From: Heteronotia binoei | Taxonomy: Eukaryota | DNA length: 64,000 bases | Assembly (NCBI RefSeq): GCF_032191835.1 | Contig: NC_083243.1 | Span: forward strand, 50,840,001-50,904,000 | Reading direction: 5' to 3' | In this document: positions 12,226 to 26,200 of the stretch, in pieces | Layout of the letters: every line of letters starts with the position of its first letter | Numbering within the stretch: position 1 is the first letter of the stretch | The notes under the pieces: generated by a model | What the model saw: only the letters and a program-made list of their open reading frames with translations | What the model was told of the DNA's origin: nothing | Database searches by the model: none | Position numbers and translations under genes: made by a program

Positions 12226-13127
12226 TGTGGGACTGATATTTTCTTCGGTTAGGTACCAACATTTTAAACCTACCTTCCCCCCTCTACCAGACCCCTCATT
12301 TATACTTCCTTCCTTGCCTAATTCTTAGAATAGGATTTATTAATGGCATATTTCTTACTATGGGCACAGCTCCATGTAGCTCTGTAGGACATGCTGTGGC
12401 ACACACGATGCCTACCATTTCCTCAGCGAAAAGAGTTTGCATAGGCTGAGGTTCAGTTACCAGTTGGAGACTTCGGAGTTAAAATTACAAAATGTCTAGG
12501 TTATATTATATATTCACAAGATTTACTGTACGTATGTGGTGTCCAGTCAGCAAAACACATGTCTCCTCCTATCAGATTTCTGTACTTGCTGCATGCTGTT
12601 TCCTACCTGAAATTGCTTTCCAGTTGTCATACTATGTAAAGCTGGGAAGGGACCTCTGTCTGAGGTTCTGGAAACCTCAGTTAGGTCAGTTGTCTAGTAG
12701 CAGGCAAGAAGCTAACTGCTTTTATAAGGGTGTGCCTTACAACCTACAGCAAGTGATACTTAGTAACAGTTCATTAATTGCCTGAAGGCTCTCTGTTCAT
12801 TCCTTTCTGCACATTCAGTCAGCAGGTTTTCAAGATAGGACAACCCATACATCCGAACAAACAGCCCTCTCTGCTCTGCAGCCAAAGTAGAGAGGATACT
12901 TTAGTATCTTTAATTCATCTGGTGTTTAAGAACAGTGAAGGAGAAACTTGGTAAGCCATGCCATCTCATGCTAAGAAGCAAACCAAGTTTTGGGATGATA
13001 ACTGCCCTTCGGGCACTGCTTCATGAGACCAAGAATGGGAACTTAAGCCAGGCATGAAGCCACTGTAGAGGCGTAGTAAGAATATGTACCTGAAGAAATA
13101 TGTGAATGTATGTTAAACAATAAAAAA

Positions 13128-13310
13128 CTTTTTTTCTGCCATCAAGTCACAACCGACTTATGGCAACCTTGAGGTTTTCAAGGCAAGCCGTTCAGAGGCA
13201 GTTTGCAATTAACTGCTTTGGTAGTCCTATCTATGCATTAACCAGGGCTGATTCTGCTTAGCTTCCAAGATCTGATGATACCAGGCTAGCCTCAGCTATC
13301 TAGGTCATGG
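13128..13310 (-). mobile_element. 5S-derived SINE with RTE tail
   Basis: tgccatcaagtcacaaccgacttatggcaacc...ctgcttagcttccaagatctgatgataccaggctagcc. Confidence 0.75.
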
Positions 13311-13434
13311 CATAAATGATTCTCAAGAGGAAATCACCACCACCAGACACTGGTAACTAATTTTAAGGATGTAAGCATGTTTATAGCTTAGCTTTTGGGA
13401 ACCTCAAGGTGTGAAAGCATTTAGCTGCATTAGG

Positions 13435-13630
13435 TAGAATAGTCAGGTCTGAGTTGGGAAATACCTGTAGATTTGGGGATTGGATCTTGGGGAAGGACCT
13501 GAGCAGGGCTTATTGCCACAGACTCCACCCTCCAAAGCAACCATTTTCTCCAGGGAAACTGATCTTGGTGGTCTGGAGATCAACTGTAACAGCAGGGGAT
13601 CTCTAGGTGCTACTTGGATGTAAGCAACAT
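13435..13630. mobile_element. Degenerate hAT-like MITE (58672 family)
   Basis: gggaaatacctgtagatttgggg...ccattttctccagggaaactgatc...tggagatca. Confidence 0.55.
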
Positions 13631-14574
13631 CTCCAGGTGTTACTAGGATGTAAATATTCAGCCAACATTTTCAAGGGATAAACTTGATTATTAAGTGGCA
13701 ACATAGCCAAGTTCTCTGTAACATCTTGCAATGCAGTTAAAATTTTACTGTTCACCTGGTTCCCTAGCTACCCAGTTTGGTGGGTGTGGTAAAATTCTCC
13801 ACAATTACACAGATTCACTTACCAGTTCAACTGTATGTGTTGTTCTGCTTGTTAAAGGAAGTGGCCCTTTATAGCGGTTGTGCATACAACAGCCCAGGTT
13901 GGGTTTTGATTAAGCTCAGTCTTGCATGTTATAGTTGGAAAAGCTAACATCTTAATACTTCATGTTAACATCTTGATTTACAGCAATGTTTTACTTGGAA
14001 GAAATTCCCATTGCTTTTTAATAGGATTTTCCCCCAAGGTATGCGTTTTGGATTGTAAACGTAGGTTTTACCCAATTTTATATTCTTACCTCTGGATTTA
14101 ATTTAGGACCCTAACTCTTTGCCCCCTGCTTTGTGAATGGGAAAAGGAAGCTGACTTGATTGGTCCTGCACAAAACAGGCCTTATGCTCCTGTTTGATCT
14201 TCAGTGCCTTAGGAGTTGTGCAGCAGGTACAAAAATCAACAGGTGAATCTTTTCTACAACAGAGGTGCAGCAGCTTAGAGAAAGCTTTCTTCATTCCTGC
14301 ATCTCTCTGTTAGGATGGCTTCACCTGCTAGGACCAAATCTAACATTACATCTGAGTCCCACACATGACCTAGTGATCCAGATATGCATGCAGAATTCTA
14401 TGCTCAAAACTTAATTCCCCAATATATCTGGAACTTTGGTGTGTGGGGAAAGGGGACTTTAGCATTCCTTTCTACACCCTTTTCCTGACCTGAAATGGCC
14501 TTCGGGAACCACTATTAGCCTGACTGGGGGATACACATGTACTTACGGGCAGAGGTGAAAGTAAACAATTATAG

Positions 14575-14710
14575 CAGAGGTGGCCAACGATAGCTCTCCA
14601 GATGTTTTTTGCCAACAACTCCCATCAGCCCCAGCCAGCATGGCCAATGGCTGGGGCTGATGGGAGTTGTAGGCAAAAAACATCTGGAGAGCTACCGTTG
14701 GCCACCCCTG
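14575..14710. mobile_element. Palindromic hAT MITE, 136 bp, TSD AATTATAG
   Basis: 63-bp arms with 3 mismatches and a 10-nt loop; perfect 8-bp TSD at 14567-14574 and 14711-14718. Confidence 0.93.
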
Positions 14711-14989
14711 AATTATAGGATGGTAAGGAGAACCCGTAACAAAGTTGCTGATGTGGTACTTTCTGTCTTCAGCTTTGAAACTTGAGAGGGACAGAGACAG
14801 GATCTTTACCAATACAAATTGTTAAGTTCCGTTGACCCCTTCAGAATGGCTATGAGTGGGTTTCCTCAGTTGGTCATTTTATGTTGGGAAAATGGCTTCA
14901 ACCCTTGCTCCCCACAAACCTGATCCAAATTGACCTACCGGTGCCTGGGAATTAAGTCCTGAGGACAGAATCCCAATGACACCCTCTAT

Positions 14990-15195
14990 CAATGTCCTTT
15001 GTCAGCGTGAAGATTTTTGTACGGCGTACCCCCAATAATGGTAATTGGCCTTCCTTCTAGTGTTGTTTTTGTGTTTTTAATTGACTTATATAAAGTTAAC
15101 TGTATTCTGAATTGTTTAAATGTTCTTTACGCTTGCCACCTTGTGGACCCTGATTTAGCAGAAAGGCAGCATAAAAGTATTTTAAATAAATAAAT
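14990..15195 (+). mobile_element. L2 LINE 3' end, degenerate
   Basis: AT-rich UTR followed by cgcttgccaccttgtggaccc...agaaaggcagcataaaagtattttaaataaataaat. Confidence 0.5.
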
Positions 15196-17072
15196 GAATA
15201 TTTGATCAACAGGACTCGAGGGGAAAATAAGGAGTTTGTAATACTGAGTTAACCCTTAGTGCCTATCACACAACTGTTACCACTTGCAAGGAGTGACAAA
15301 AAAGGAGGCAACTCCACATCTGTAAGACTTGCATGCGAGTCACCTGTAACTCTGAAGTCCTTCCTCTCCTTTATGACACTGGCCGTGTTCCAAGCTCTTT
15401 CACATTCTAGAATACCAGCAATGAGAGAGAATTCCTTCCATGCATTTAACTCCAGGTACTCCACAGAACACATTTGGCATGTGTACTATCTAATAGCAAA
15501 GACAATGTACTACGCAACTGAGCCAAAGGAGGCCCTGTATGACTGAGGTGTTTCTAAACAGCTCTGAAATCATCCCTGTGCAGAAATCTACTTTTAAAAA
15601 GTATCCTGTCATCCTTGATTGCCCTCTTGGAGTCTATGGGGTGCATATATGATAACCATGCAGCTGGAGATGGCAATCTGGAACATGCTGGTGTACAAAG
15701 GCTTCCTTTATCGTTTAAAGTCCTGTTATTTCACTGCAGCCTTATCTGGATCTGCCACAATCACAAAGGAAGGACGGGTGTGAGTCATGTAAAGGTGCCA
15801 AAAGAAAGCATGCAGTCCCCTCAGAGCCCAGCTTACCTGTCTGCAGTCAATCCTGTGAACTCCTTTCCCCCTAGTCAGATACGAGAAGCAGGCCTAAGCC
15901 AGGGGGAAATGCCGAGTGGTGAGCACATCTATCTACCCGTTTTGCTTTTAAGTTCTGACCATGCCCCTTCCCTGTTCTCTATGCAATTCTGGCAGATTGT
16001 AGGCTTTAAACAGAGGCAAGTCTGTTGCTGTTGTGTTCTGTTAGGATCATGGCTGCTAGCTCAATCTGTCTTTCATCCCCACCCCCACCCTGGTCTGGAA
16101 GTCTACTTTAACAAGGAAATCTACCACCAGCCGCCCTTCTGGAGCTTGGACAAAGACAGGCAAGGCCTGAATGAGACAAAGACAGGCAAGGCCTGGAACA
16201 CAACCAGCCTCAAAAAATACAGACGAGTCAGGCCAAATGGGCACAGCAGGTCTTTCTTAGAGACAGCTGATTTTGGGCAAAAGCAGCAGCAGCTTGTAGG
16301 GCACAACCAAAAGCTTTAAAGTTTTTGTCATTCACAATAGAGAGTCTCTTTGTGCCCCTGCAGCATTCAGGAACCTCTGTGGGCCTGAGTCTGCAACAGA
16401 CACATTGCTCATTTTTAATTTGTTTCAGGAAACTCCTTCCCCTCCCAGTTCCCCCAAAGGCTTCCATAAAAGTTCACAGCTGCCGAGATAGGGTGAGGGA
16501 GGGATAGTACTGTGGGAACTCCACCATCTCTTTCCTTGACTGTCATGAGCAAAAGGCTGCACACGCTGCAGAAGGTTTTCCCCATAACCAGAGAAAACAT
16601 AAAAGACACAGCAAAGGAATGGAAGAGGGAGAGTGTGAGAAAACAGGGTGACTGAGATTGGAAGTTTATCAGGAGAGTCAGGTAATGGAAGTCTGTAGGA
16701 CCTGGAATGGAAGGATGAGAGGCAACAAATTGAACAGGTGCGGAACAGCCTGGAGCTACTGGAAGCAAGACGTCCCCCTGAATCTCCCTCAGTTCCGTCT
16801 CCACCACGAGTCAAGCTCTCTTCGCAGAGCACTCAGCTGCCATCCCAAGACTGAGGCCACAAGACATGCAGCATAGAAGGCTCATGATTCAACAGCCCAA
16901 TGGGTCCCGGTCTCCTTAGCAAGAACCAGATCTCTGCCCAGGAGTGGTTCACAGCAGGACTGATACACAGCAGCACAGAACAATCTAGAGGCCTTAGGAT
17001 GTGACACTTCCTTATGATGCTCTTAACATTTCGATGTTTCTATCTATCGGTCATTGCTCTGGCCAGAGGTTG

Positions 17073-17285
17073 TCAATGATAGGAACTCTGGTTGTCCAGC
17101 ACCAGCTCTGTTCCGTATTCGTCCCCTGTGCTCTCCAGCTCCGTCTCAAAGCTCTCCATGCCGCCCTCATCCATATTCTCCACTTGCTCGAGGCGGGTGC
17201 CCATAGTGCCGTAGGACCGATGAGCTGGGGAGGCAGCGGGTGTAAGACTTAGCTCGGGCTCTTGCAGCACCGTGGCCACAAACAT
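17073..17285 (-). CDS. TMEM63C: TMEM63C last coding exon
   Basis: tcacag|[29 protein letters not shown]...DNQSSYH*; human has [29 protein letters not shown]...QNQYH. Confidence 0.94.
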   Translation of the reverse strand: MFVATVLQEPELSLTPAASPAHRSYGTMGTRLEQVENMDEGGMESFETELESTGDEYGTELVLDNQSSYH

Positions 17286-20200
17286 CTGTGACAGAGAAGC
17301 AAAGAGCAGGTTACATTCAAGAGGGACTTTACTTGCAAAGGAATAGAAGCCAGAGAAAAGGAAGGATCTGGCTGGTAAACAGAAGACGGTAGACTCATGC
17401 AGCCAGACGGAATGGTGTCCCAGGTTGCCTGTGAAGAATCCAGAATGCTCCTTAGTGCCTACAAAAATGCTGGCACCTTGACAGCCCTGGTGTGCAGGAA
17501 GAGGGGGAGGTATATGCAAAATGGAAGGCATGCTTACATTGGAATTGGGAGTGGAAGAGATGCTGCTCCTTTCTGTATCATTGAACGCTTCATCAGATTG
17601 CTCAGACATCTGCTTGCAAACAGAGAAAAGTACTGGCAGGAATGAGAGATAAAAAGAAGGCCCTGCCTACAAACCTCAAAAGGAATATTTCTCTCAAGAG
17701 ATGAGAATTAAATTAGCAACAGTCAGATTTGGAGGATCAGGCCAACCTTGCCAGATCACTGCTGATTACATGCTGACACGCAGTTTTGCGAGCAAGTCAT
17801 TTTCTACAATAATAAAAGGGTCTGTTGGGCCATCTGCGACAGAAAACGAAGCTGGGAGTGTTGAAACTGGTCACTAATGTCAGGATGACTGTGGAAGCTG
17901 CAGTGCCAAACATGAAGGGAATTGGAACATCCTGGCCCATGTAATCTGCAGCTACTTCGCCCCATTTTTTGCATTGAAAGCTATGGCTTACTCTGGCAGG
18001 CATAACTTATCAGAAAATAAAGCTAAGCATTTGAACATTGACCACAGAATCACAGAGTTGGAAGGGGCCACACAGGCCATCTAGTCCAGCCCCCTGCTTA
18101 ATGCAGAATCAGCCTAGAGCAGGGGTGTCAAACGTATGGCCCATGGGCCAGAACTGGCTCACCCATGTCTTTAATCCAGTCCAAGGCTCTTTTCTCCCCC
18201 CTTGTCACCTCCCCGACCTGTTCTTACCCTTTGAAGATTAAGGCTGCCAAAGATCCCAGCTCTCTCACCTTGTATTGCCTCCTGCAAGCTCTTCTGGGCT
18301 TGCAAAGTTGAAAAGAAAATGTGGAATTAATTTTACATTAAGGGCTCTGCACCCAGATACAGTCCCAGAGTAGTCTATCTAGCAAAAGAATCTATGTTCT
18401 GGAACCTTAATGAAAAATCCATTCTGCATTTTGTGCTGCAATGTATTTCAATGGAGTGGAACTGAATTAGATTCACATTCCATTGCCTGTATGATAACTG
18501 AAGCTGTTTCCTTGAAAATAAATGGCTGATGTTTTGAGCCAGCTTGTCTCTGCTGACTGGACCTGAGAACAGGTGACCAAGTGAGTAGTCTAACCAGGGA
18601 ATCCACAGTCAAACCTGGAGGAAGGGATATTATACTGGTGAATCACTGTGACTCTGAGTAGACCTGGAGAGGAGGGAGAAGCTTGCAATACCCAGGTGTT
18701 TCATGTTTTCCTAGGCTCAGAGCATTTTAGGTTTTTAGTTTCTGCTGTGATCCTTGTGCTTTTTCTTGATGTTTTATTTAAGAAATTGCATTGCCAAAAC
18801 TCACTATTCCCCACCTTTCCATTTTAAACAAAATATTGCAAGTGTTTTAAGCATGTTTGTATTTTAAATAAGAACTAATGTCTTTAATTGTGTTTGTCTG
18901 TATCCTTTATAAAGTTTATATCTTCACTATCTGACATTGCATTCTATGATACACATGGTCCAGCCCCACAAAATCCCATTAATGTCAAATATGGCCCCCC
19001 AAACAAATCAGTTTGACATCCTTGACCTAGAGCATCCCTGTCAAGTATTTTTCCAGCTGCTGCTTAAAGACTACCGGTGAGGGGGAGCTCACCACCTCCC
19101 TAGGTAGCTGATTCCACTGTTGAACAACATCTATTATAAATTTTTTTTCCCTAATATCCAGCCAGTACTTTCCCACCCTTAATTTAATCCCATTATTGTG
19201 AATCCTCTCCTCAGCTGCCAACAGGAACAACTCCCTGCTGCCTTCTAAATGACAGCCCCTCAAATACTTTGAGAGCAATCATGTCCCCACCACCACCCGC
19301 TTCCTTTTGATGGTACCTTCCTTTCTGAAGGTCCACTTGGCTTGTCAGCTCCTCAGCTTTCGTGGAATGGTCTGCCAAAAGAGCTACAGAAACCCCCTTC
19401 CATTGTTGTCTCATAAACTATGCAAGGACATTCTTGTCTGGTAAACATTTTAATTTCAGCTTTTTGGAGTTTTAATCTGTGCTATCAGTTTCTTTTTAAG
19501 GTAATGTCTCCTGTTTCCTCAGGTTGGAGAGTTGTCTTGCTTTTGTTTTTTCCGATGGGTTTTCTGGAAGCCATTCTGAATGTTAAGACATCCACCATTG
19601 AAATAAATAAATTTGCAATTATTTTTGGGACTCATCCTGATTTCAGAAGTATATATGAAGTTTCTCCAGCTAAATGTGCTTCACATACCCCTAAGGGATC
19701 TGAAGCTCTTTTAACCCAGGCAAACTATCCAAAATGTGTTGGGATGCATACAGCATTTAAATAAATTTGTCTCCTGTGCTTGCTGAATTCCAGACTTTTT
19801 CTGTTTTATGTCACCTCTTCTAGAAAAAAATAACATGCATACCTGTTTCAAAAGCCGGACAAAATGTTAAGAAGGTAGTTGAAGAACGTTTATTTACACA
19901 GTGCATATGCATATCTTAAAAATAATGGAGGAACCAGTATTCAACATTTGGTTCCCTGAATTTGCTAAAGTCCACCTGAGATGCACAATGAACAACTTAC
20001 TGGAAACTGGTAGCATTCTTTATTTCCTACCTGGTAACTGGAAGGTTTCCTTGGATGGAGCTTCTTCAGACAAAGGCCAAAGAAGGAAATAAGGATGCAG
20101 AAGAAAAGGACTACACAGGTGAAGAGGGTGATGGGCCTGATGAGGCCTGTGGCAGAGCGAGCGAGAGAAACAACACAGGAATCTGCATTAGCTGCTGTTG

Positions 20201-23200
20201 ATTTTCCAAGTACATTTACTGTTAAGTCTAAAGCCCAAATACCACTAGTGCTAGGTATAAGTCTTTTGACATCTGGCTGGGAGCTCTCTAAGTAGTAATG
20301 ATCCTCAGTCCTCAAACCAAGCTAAATTTTTAGCCCTTCAGAGAATCATCAATAGGCCACTCAGTCAACACTCCTCCCCCTGCAATCTTAGCATGTGCCG
20401 GTTAAAATCTGCCTCACATCAATCCAGCTTTGGCTGCAGCACAGATCTAGAAGCTGGGAGTTTGAAGATCAGTGGCAGAACATCTGTTTTGCATCCTTAT
20501 GCTCCCAGGTTCAATTGCTGGTATCTGCAATTGGAATTATCAGATAGTAGATGACCTGGATAGCCCAGGCTAGCCCAGTCTCCTGAGAACTTGGAAGCTA
20601 AGAAGGCTCTACCCTGGCTAGTATTTGGTTGGGAGACCACCAGGGAATATAGGCAATGGCAAACCATATCTGAACATCTCTTGCATTGAAAACCTAATGG
20701 GGTTGTCATAAATTAGCTGTAACTTAGTGACACTTTCCACCACCAGAGGATCTGATACCCTGGGGAGCCACTGCTGGTTACAATAGACAATACTGACCTT
20801 AACAGGCCAGATTCTGTACAAGGCAGCTTCATGTGTTCATAAGTTCTGGGGCAGTGGAACATCAGTAAGACCTTCCACACCGGTGTTATCACCCTCCAGA
20901 TATTTCCTAACAGAGTTGATTTTGCTGGTCAAAGTAGCAGAGATTGCAAATGCAGAAATCGCTGTGGCTTCTAATCCCTCACTTGTAATATAGGATGTAT
21001 CCATGATAATGACAGGAAGACTTGCAAATCTCATCTCCAGCAAGAGCTGAGTGCTCAAGATAACCATGAGACCTCAAGTATAAGCATCTGTGACCTCGGC
21101 CATGAACATCTATGCAGCTTTAAAGAAGTCATCATCTCTCAGCCTTAAACTGTGTGTGTTCTTCAAAAATGAACTGGATCATAGGGCTGCTGTGAGTGTG
21201 CCCAAGACAGCAACTTCAAAAGTACTTAAGAAATAATTGTGCATGGATTGCAATGTGTAAGTCCTATTGATTTCAAATATAAAAGGGATAAGCAGCACTG
21301 ATCATTTGCTTTTGGGAACGAAAAGTTATGTGATTTCTGAACTAGTTCAAGGTACAGGAGTGAACAATTGATTCAAAGTCCATGCTGGCAAACAAGGTTT
21401 GATCTGTCTGGAAGCAAAGTGATCAAGTGTGTGTTTCAGCAGCAGTGTTTGTACATAACTTTTCACAAATGCCAAGAACGAAAATGTTATAGCAGATGAA
21501 CATTCTGCAATATTCCTATTCAGAAACTGCTACCATCTTCATATTCAGAGACACATGAATGAGTCTGCAAAGCATAAATTGTGCCTACCTAGACGGAGGA
21601 TGGAGAAGAAGAGCAGCCAGAACATGCAGAGGATGGGAGCCACCACCACCTGGCTTACAGCTGCGGTGTGGATACGTTGGTTCAGCTTGGTGGGAATATA
21701 CACGTAGTAAATATTATAGCGATCAACCATATGCTTCAGCAGCATATAGAGCAAACCTGTATGGAAAGAGATAGGTAGGGAGGAAAGAGAACAATGCAGA
21801 AGATACAATCTGGTTGCAGGTTCCATTCTTCTTGGTGATATTTCCTAAACATTTTGCTATGAGAGCCAATGGGGTAGAGTGGCTAAGAGTGACGAACTCT
21901 AATCTGGAGAACTGGGTTTGATTCCGCACTCCTCCACATGAAGTTAGCTGGGTGACCTTGGGCCAATGACAGCTCTTTCAGAGCTCTCTCAGCCCAAAAC
22001 CAAGTCTAGCTCACCACCTAATGGTCCATAATGCTAAAAGAGCTAGAACTTCAGACTGCCAGACAATCTTAGGATCTTCTGGCTATATTACACACATTTG
22101 AAAATAAGAATTATTATTACATTTTGCTGATTTAAAATTCTGTATAATTCAAAACTTCCCACACATACAGAACCTGATCACCCAGAAGGACGGACTGTCC
22201 CAGATTAGGGGAAACTCTGCAGTGGCAAGCGTGTGACCCACCTTATGTTGCTTTCTGCTGCAGCACCTTCTTTGACTTTGATAGGCCAAGTCAAGGCACT
22301 GCAAGGATGGCCAGAGATAACGACAGCACCTTTTGAAGATTACCATGGATATATGAGGTTGGGCTGTGGCTCAGTGGTACAGCAGCTGCTTAGTGTGCAG
22401 AAAGTTCCAGGTTCAATCCCCAGTGTTTCCAGTTTTTTTTAAAGGATCAAAAAGTAGGTTATGCTTTAAGACCTGTAACTGAGACCCTGGAGAGCTATTG
22501 CCAGTCAGGATAGAAAATACTGACCTTGATAGACCAAGGGTCTGATTCTGCATAAGGGAGCCTCATGTGTACTCACCAAAGGGGACAATAATGGGGCAGG
22601 TGATGCTATAGGTCATGACCACAGCAAAAATGCAAGAGGTCCAGGCATATTCCAATCCAAATTGAAACTCGTACGCTTGGTTCTGAAGGGGAGAAAAACA
22701 CATTAGCACACTTATTCTCAAGTTCCCTGAGATCACAAGAACACTGTAGCATGGGACACCATGGTCTAAGGCCACATGCAGAATAATTCTTGACCATAAT
22801 TTGTTTTCTTTTTTTATCAAGGTTAAGTATGTTTGAATCTCAAAATCACAGATAAGGACTGGCCACAACCAATGTTCCCTCTAAGCTGCAGAGTCTTGTG
22901 AGCAAAAAATTCTACTTTGTGAGCTACTGGTATTAAAGTTGTGAGCTACTGGCAATAAAGTTGTGAGCTTCTGCATAAATTATTGTGCTCTGGGGTCATC
23001 CTTCCTGAGCTAAGACAAAAATGTGTGATCTGCAGGCTAAATGTCTGTGAGCTAGCTCACGCTAATTCAGCTTAGAGGGAATGCTGGCCACAACCCAGAA
23101 TGAAAAAGCAATTCCAAGGGGATCTGCAAGCCAAGGTATTGCCTCTGGTTAAATGTTATGACTGCCCTGAGCAACCATGAGTAAGGCAGTTTCCACTTTG

Positions 23201-26200
23201 GCCTTCCTTGCTTACAAGGTAACAGACTGGTTTTGCTGGTGGCACATTTATATATGCCCTCTGTAAACCATGGTTTCACTGTACATTTAGGAAGAAGAAG
23301 AAGAAGATATTGGATTTATATCCCGCCCTCCACTCCGAAGAGTCTCAGAGCAGCTCACAATCTCCTTTACCTTCCTCCCCCACAACAGACACCCTGTGAA
23401 GTGGGTGGGGCTGGAGAGGGCTCTCACAGCAGCTGCCCTTTGAAGGACAACCTCTGCCAGAGCTATGGCTGACCCAAGGCCATGCTAGCAGGAACTAAAC
23501 CAGGGCTAAAGGCAATGAACCATAGTAAATGCTAGCCATAGCTAAGCATTGTGTGTGTACCAGATCAAACAGAATTCCATATGAGAATTCAGCTCTTCAA
23601 GAATCCCCATCACCTGTTTAGTGGCATCCCTTCGCCAAGGTCTGAGTCAACTTTGTCATTGGTTAAAACCACCCAGGTGATTGTGTTATTTCTCTTCAAC
23701 CACAAGGAACAGAAGGGCAATTTCCTTTAAAAGAACACTAAGCTGTTTGAGATGTGAATACTTAGCACTAGACTGCATGTTGCATAGCATGTTGCAGTGC
23801 ACTGAACACACACAGAACATAACCTCGCTAATGACAATTCAAGGCCAAGCTTGTCCAAAGTCAACACTTTCTTCATGTAAGTTTTTGAAGAAACTAACAT
23901 GTCTTTCAGAAAGTTCTTTCAGGCTTAAAGGGATTTGATACCAGAGCACAGTATGGGGTCTAGAAAAGGCACAACAATGTAAAAACCTAGTGAAGAAGAG
24001 AACGCCACAGAGTTCAAGAACCCATCCAAGCTTCAAGAAATAACAGAACTACAAACCCGCTTGATATGGAGTCGCTCTGGCTCAGACTTGGCAAAGCAAA
24101 GTCGAGTAGTGTAGACAATAAGTCCAGGAATGCGCAGCAACTCCATGGCTGTTCCTATCAGGCTGGAGGTGATGACGTAATTGACAAAGAAAGCGCCATT
24201 ACCAGGAAGGAACACACACCTACCAAACAAAAAACAAGGGGAGAGAAAGAGGTGTACTGAGCATATTTTGGTAGTGACTGGCATTCCCCAAACTTTGCTG
24301 AGAACAAAGGCTGTACTTATATACAACCTCCCCTCATAAACACAAGCAGAGGCACCCGTCCCCACTGGTAGAACTGGTAACAAAGCACACTTGTGCAATC
24401 TTATTGTTCAGCAACACTCACTGAAACTTTATCTCTGCCTCATCCAAGAAGCGGATGTCAAAGAGCCATCGGAAAAAGAGATCCAAACTGGGGAGACACA
24501 ATGGAGACCAGGAGATGGTTATAAGCCGATTGCTTAGTACAAAACAGAGAGGAAAATATTCAGGGCTCATGGGCAGGGATCCTCTACATGCAGGTTTTAG
24601 GAAAATTATCTTAGGATAATTTTTTTTACCAAGACCTTTGACCAAGCCTGATTAAAGTACAGTACTAGATCTGATTACAGTGCTGGAAGATGTTGCAGAA
24701 AATGTCTTGCATTCTATTAAAAACATTTTTGTCTGATCTGGAAAGCTGTCCGCTGAATGAGCCAAGTTAAATAGATCTCACTACAAAGGATTTAAGCAGT
24801 GTAGCTGAGAAAGCATAAGCAATCCTTTCTTGAAGCTACCCTGACTTTTGCAACCAGCATGGTGTTGCAAATGGGGAGAATCAATGGGTGCAATCACACA
24901 CAAGACCTAGCCATGCGCCCCCTCCAGATTTAATGTGTGCAACATCTGCCCATACTTAACCTCGTTTTAGGACAGGCTGGAACTGGATTAAATAGCTACT
25001 GGGAACTTCTCAGTAACAAATCTTTGAAACGCAGGCAGGGTGCATTTCTTGGCTGTCTGAACAGCTGGGGCACGCAATGCAAGAGCCCTGCATGGGTAGG
25101 AGCAGTCTGAATGATCCTCTTGTGCATGTGCATCTCCTGGCAGCAGGGCAGGGCTGTGTGATTGCCATGGCTCATGTCAAAGAGAACCAGGTTTTTCAAA
25201 GCCAGGATACTGCCGCGCCAAATTCCCAGCATGATCCCGCGCAATGTCTGAAAAGCACTTCAAACCTAGGTTTAGGTTGAGCAAGCTTCAACTATCACAT
25301 GGAACACATCCTTTTGAGATTCTCGCTACAATTTTTGGGGCCTACCAGTGTGCTTTCTGGCATCTGTCAACTTCTTCTGCCAAAGCAAAACATGTCCTCC
25401 ACTTCACTGGAGCACAAAGTGCCCAGGAGGCATTAACTTTATGTCTCCAGGGAGCATCCATTTAGAAACAGTTGGCCTCCATCATAAGAAAGTGCTTGGC
25501 TTGGAAACTCCCAAATATTCTGATTGCTCCTCGCAGCCGCCATGGCAATCAATTGGTGGTGGGACCCTTCAAAAATGTCAAAAGCAATCACAAGCTGCCA
25601 CAAGGTTGGGGAATTCTTCTCTAGACTATTACCAGGTACTGTTAAAATTATTGCTGGACTCTACAACATTGGGGGCTGAATTTCAAGTGCAGAAATTTGT
25701 GCGTTCCATTTGCAAACCATCACTGGGGGGGGGGGGTGGAGTTCATGATAGAACCGTTGAAAGGACAGTATGACCTGGATATATATTGTATGTACTTTGC
25801 TCTGTACCTGGTCAGTCCAAGTGAAGGCAAGATGATGACCATAAAGACCAGAAAAAAGTAACACTTGTGCATTGTCAGCTGATTTTCATTTGATCTAAAA
25901 GGGGTGAAATAAAATCTTTTTGTTAATTACAAGCAGATATCAAGGTAGCGAAAGTTATCAGGGAAAGCCAGATTAGAATTCGCTAGTAAACTGAAGTGAC
26001 ACACTCAGCATTCCCCTCCCCAAATTACATGTTTTTCTCTCTGGAGATAGAAAAAAAATTGGGAGGGGGGGGGTTTCATCTGAAAACGAACCAAGGAGCA
26101 ATGAGAGTATTAGCTCTTGGGTACTGTCTGCACTACAGTTCATTAAATTTAGGCTTTGCTTTAAGACTATGAGTACTACAAAGCATACTTATTTTAACTA

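Noticed and set aside
12336-12341. TMEM63C poly(A) signal (minus-strand AATAAA; others at 5358, 7998, 8948, 9943)
   Set aside because: There are several equal candidates with no clear downstream element, so I cannot choose from sequence alone.
15615-16319. 234-aa ORF on +
   Set aside because: It starts at a non-ATG codon, shows no recognisable domain, and lies antisense to the probable TMEM63C 3' UTR.
22662-22664. Q/R A-to-I recoding at the site equivalent to TMEM63B Q619 (EFQF, codon CAA)
   Set aside because: The Gln is present, but I found no complementary editing sequence in the downstream intron (21757-22576) by eye. RNA-seq would be needed.
24220-24421. In-frame retention of the other short intron
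   Set aside because: It is 202 nt (not a multiple of 3) with an immediate stop (CAG TGA).
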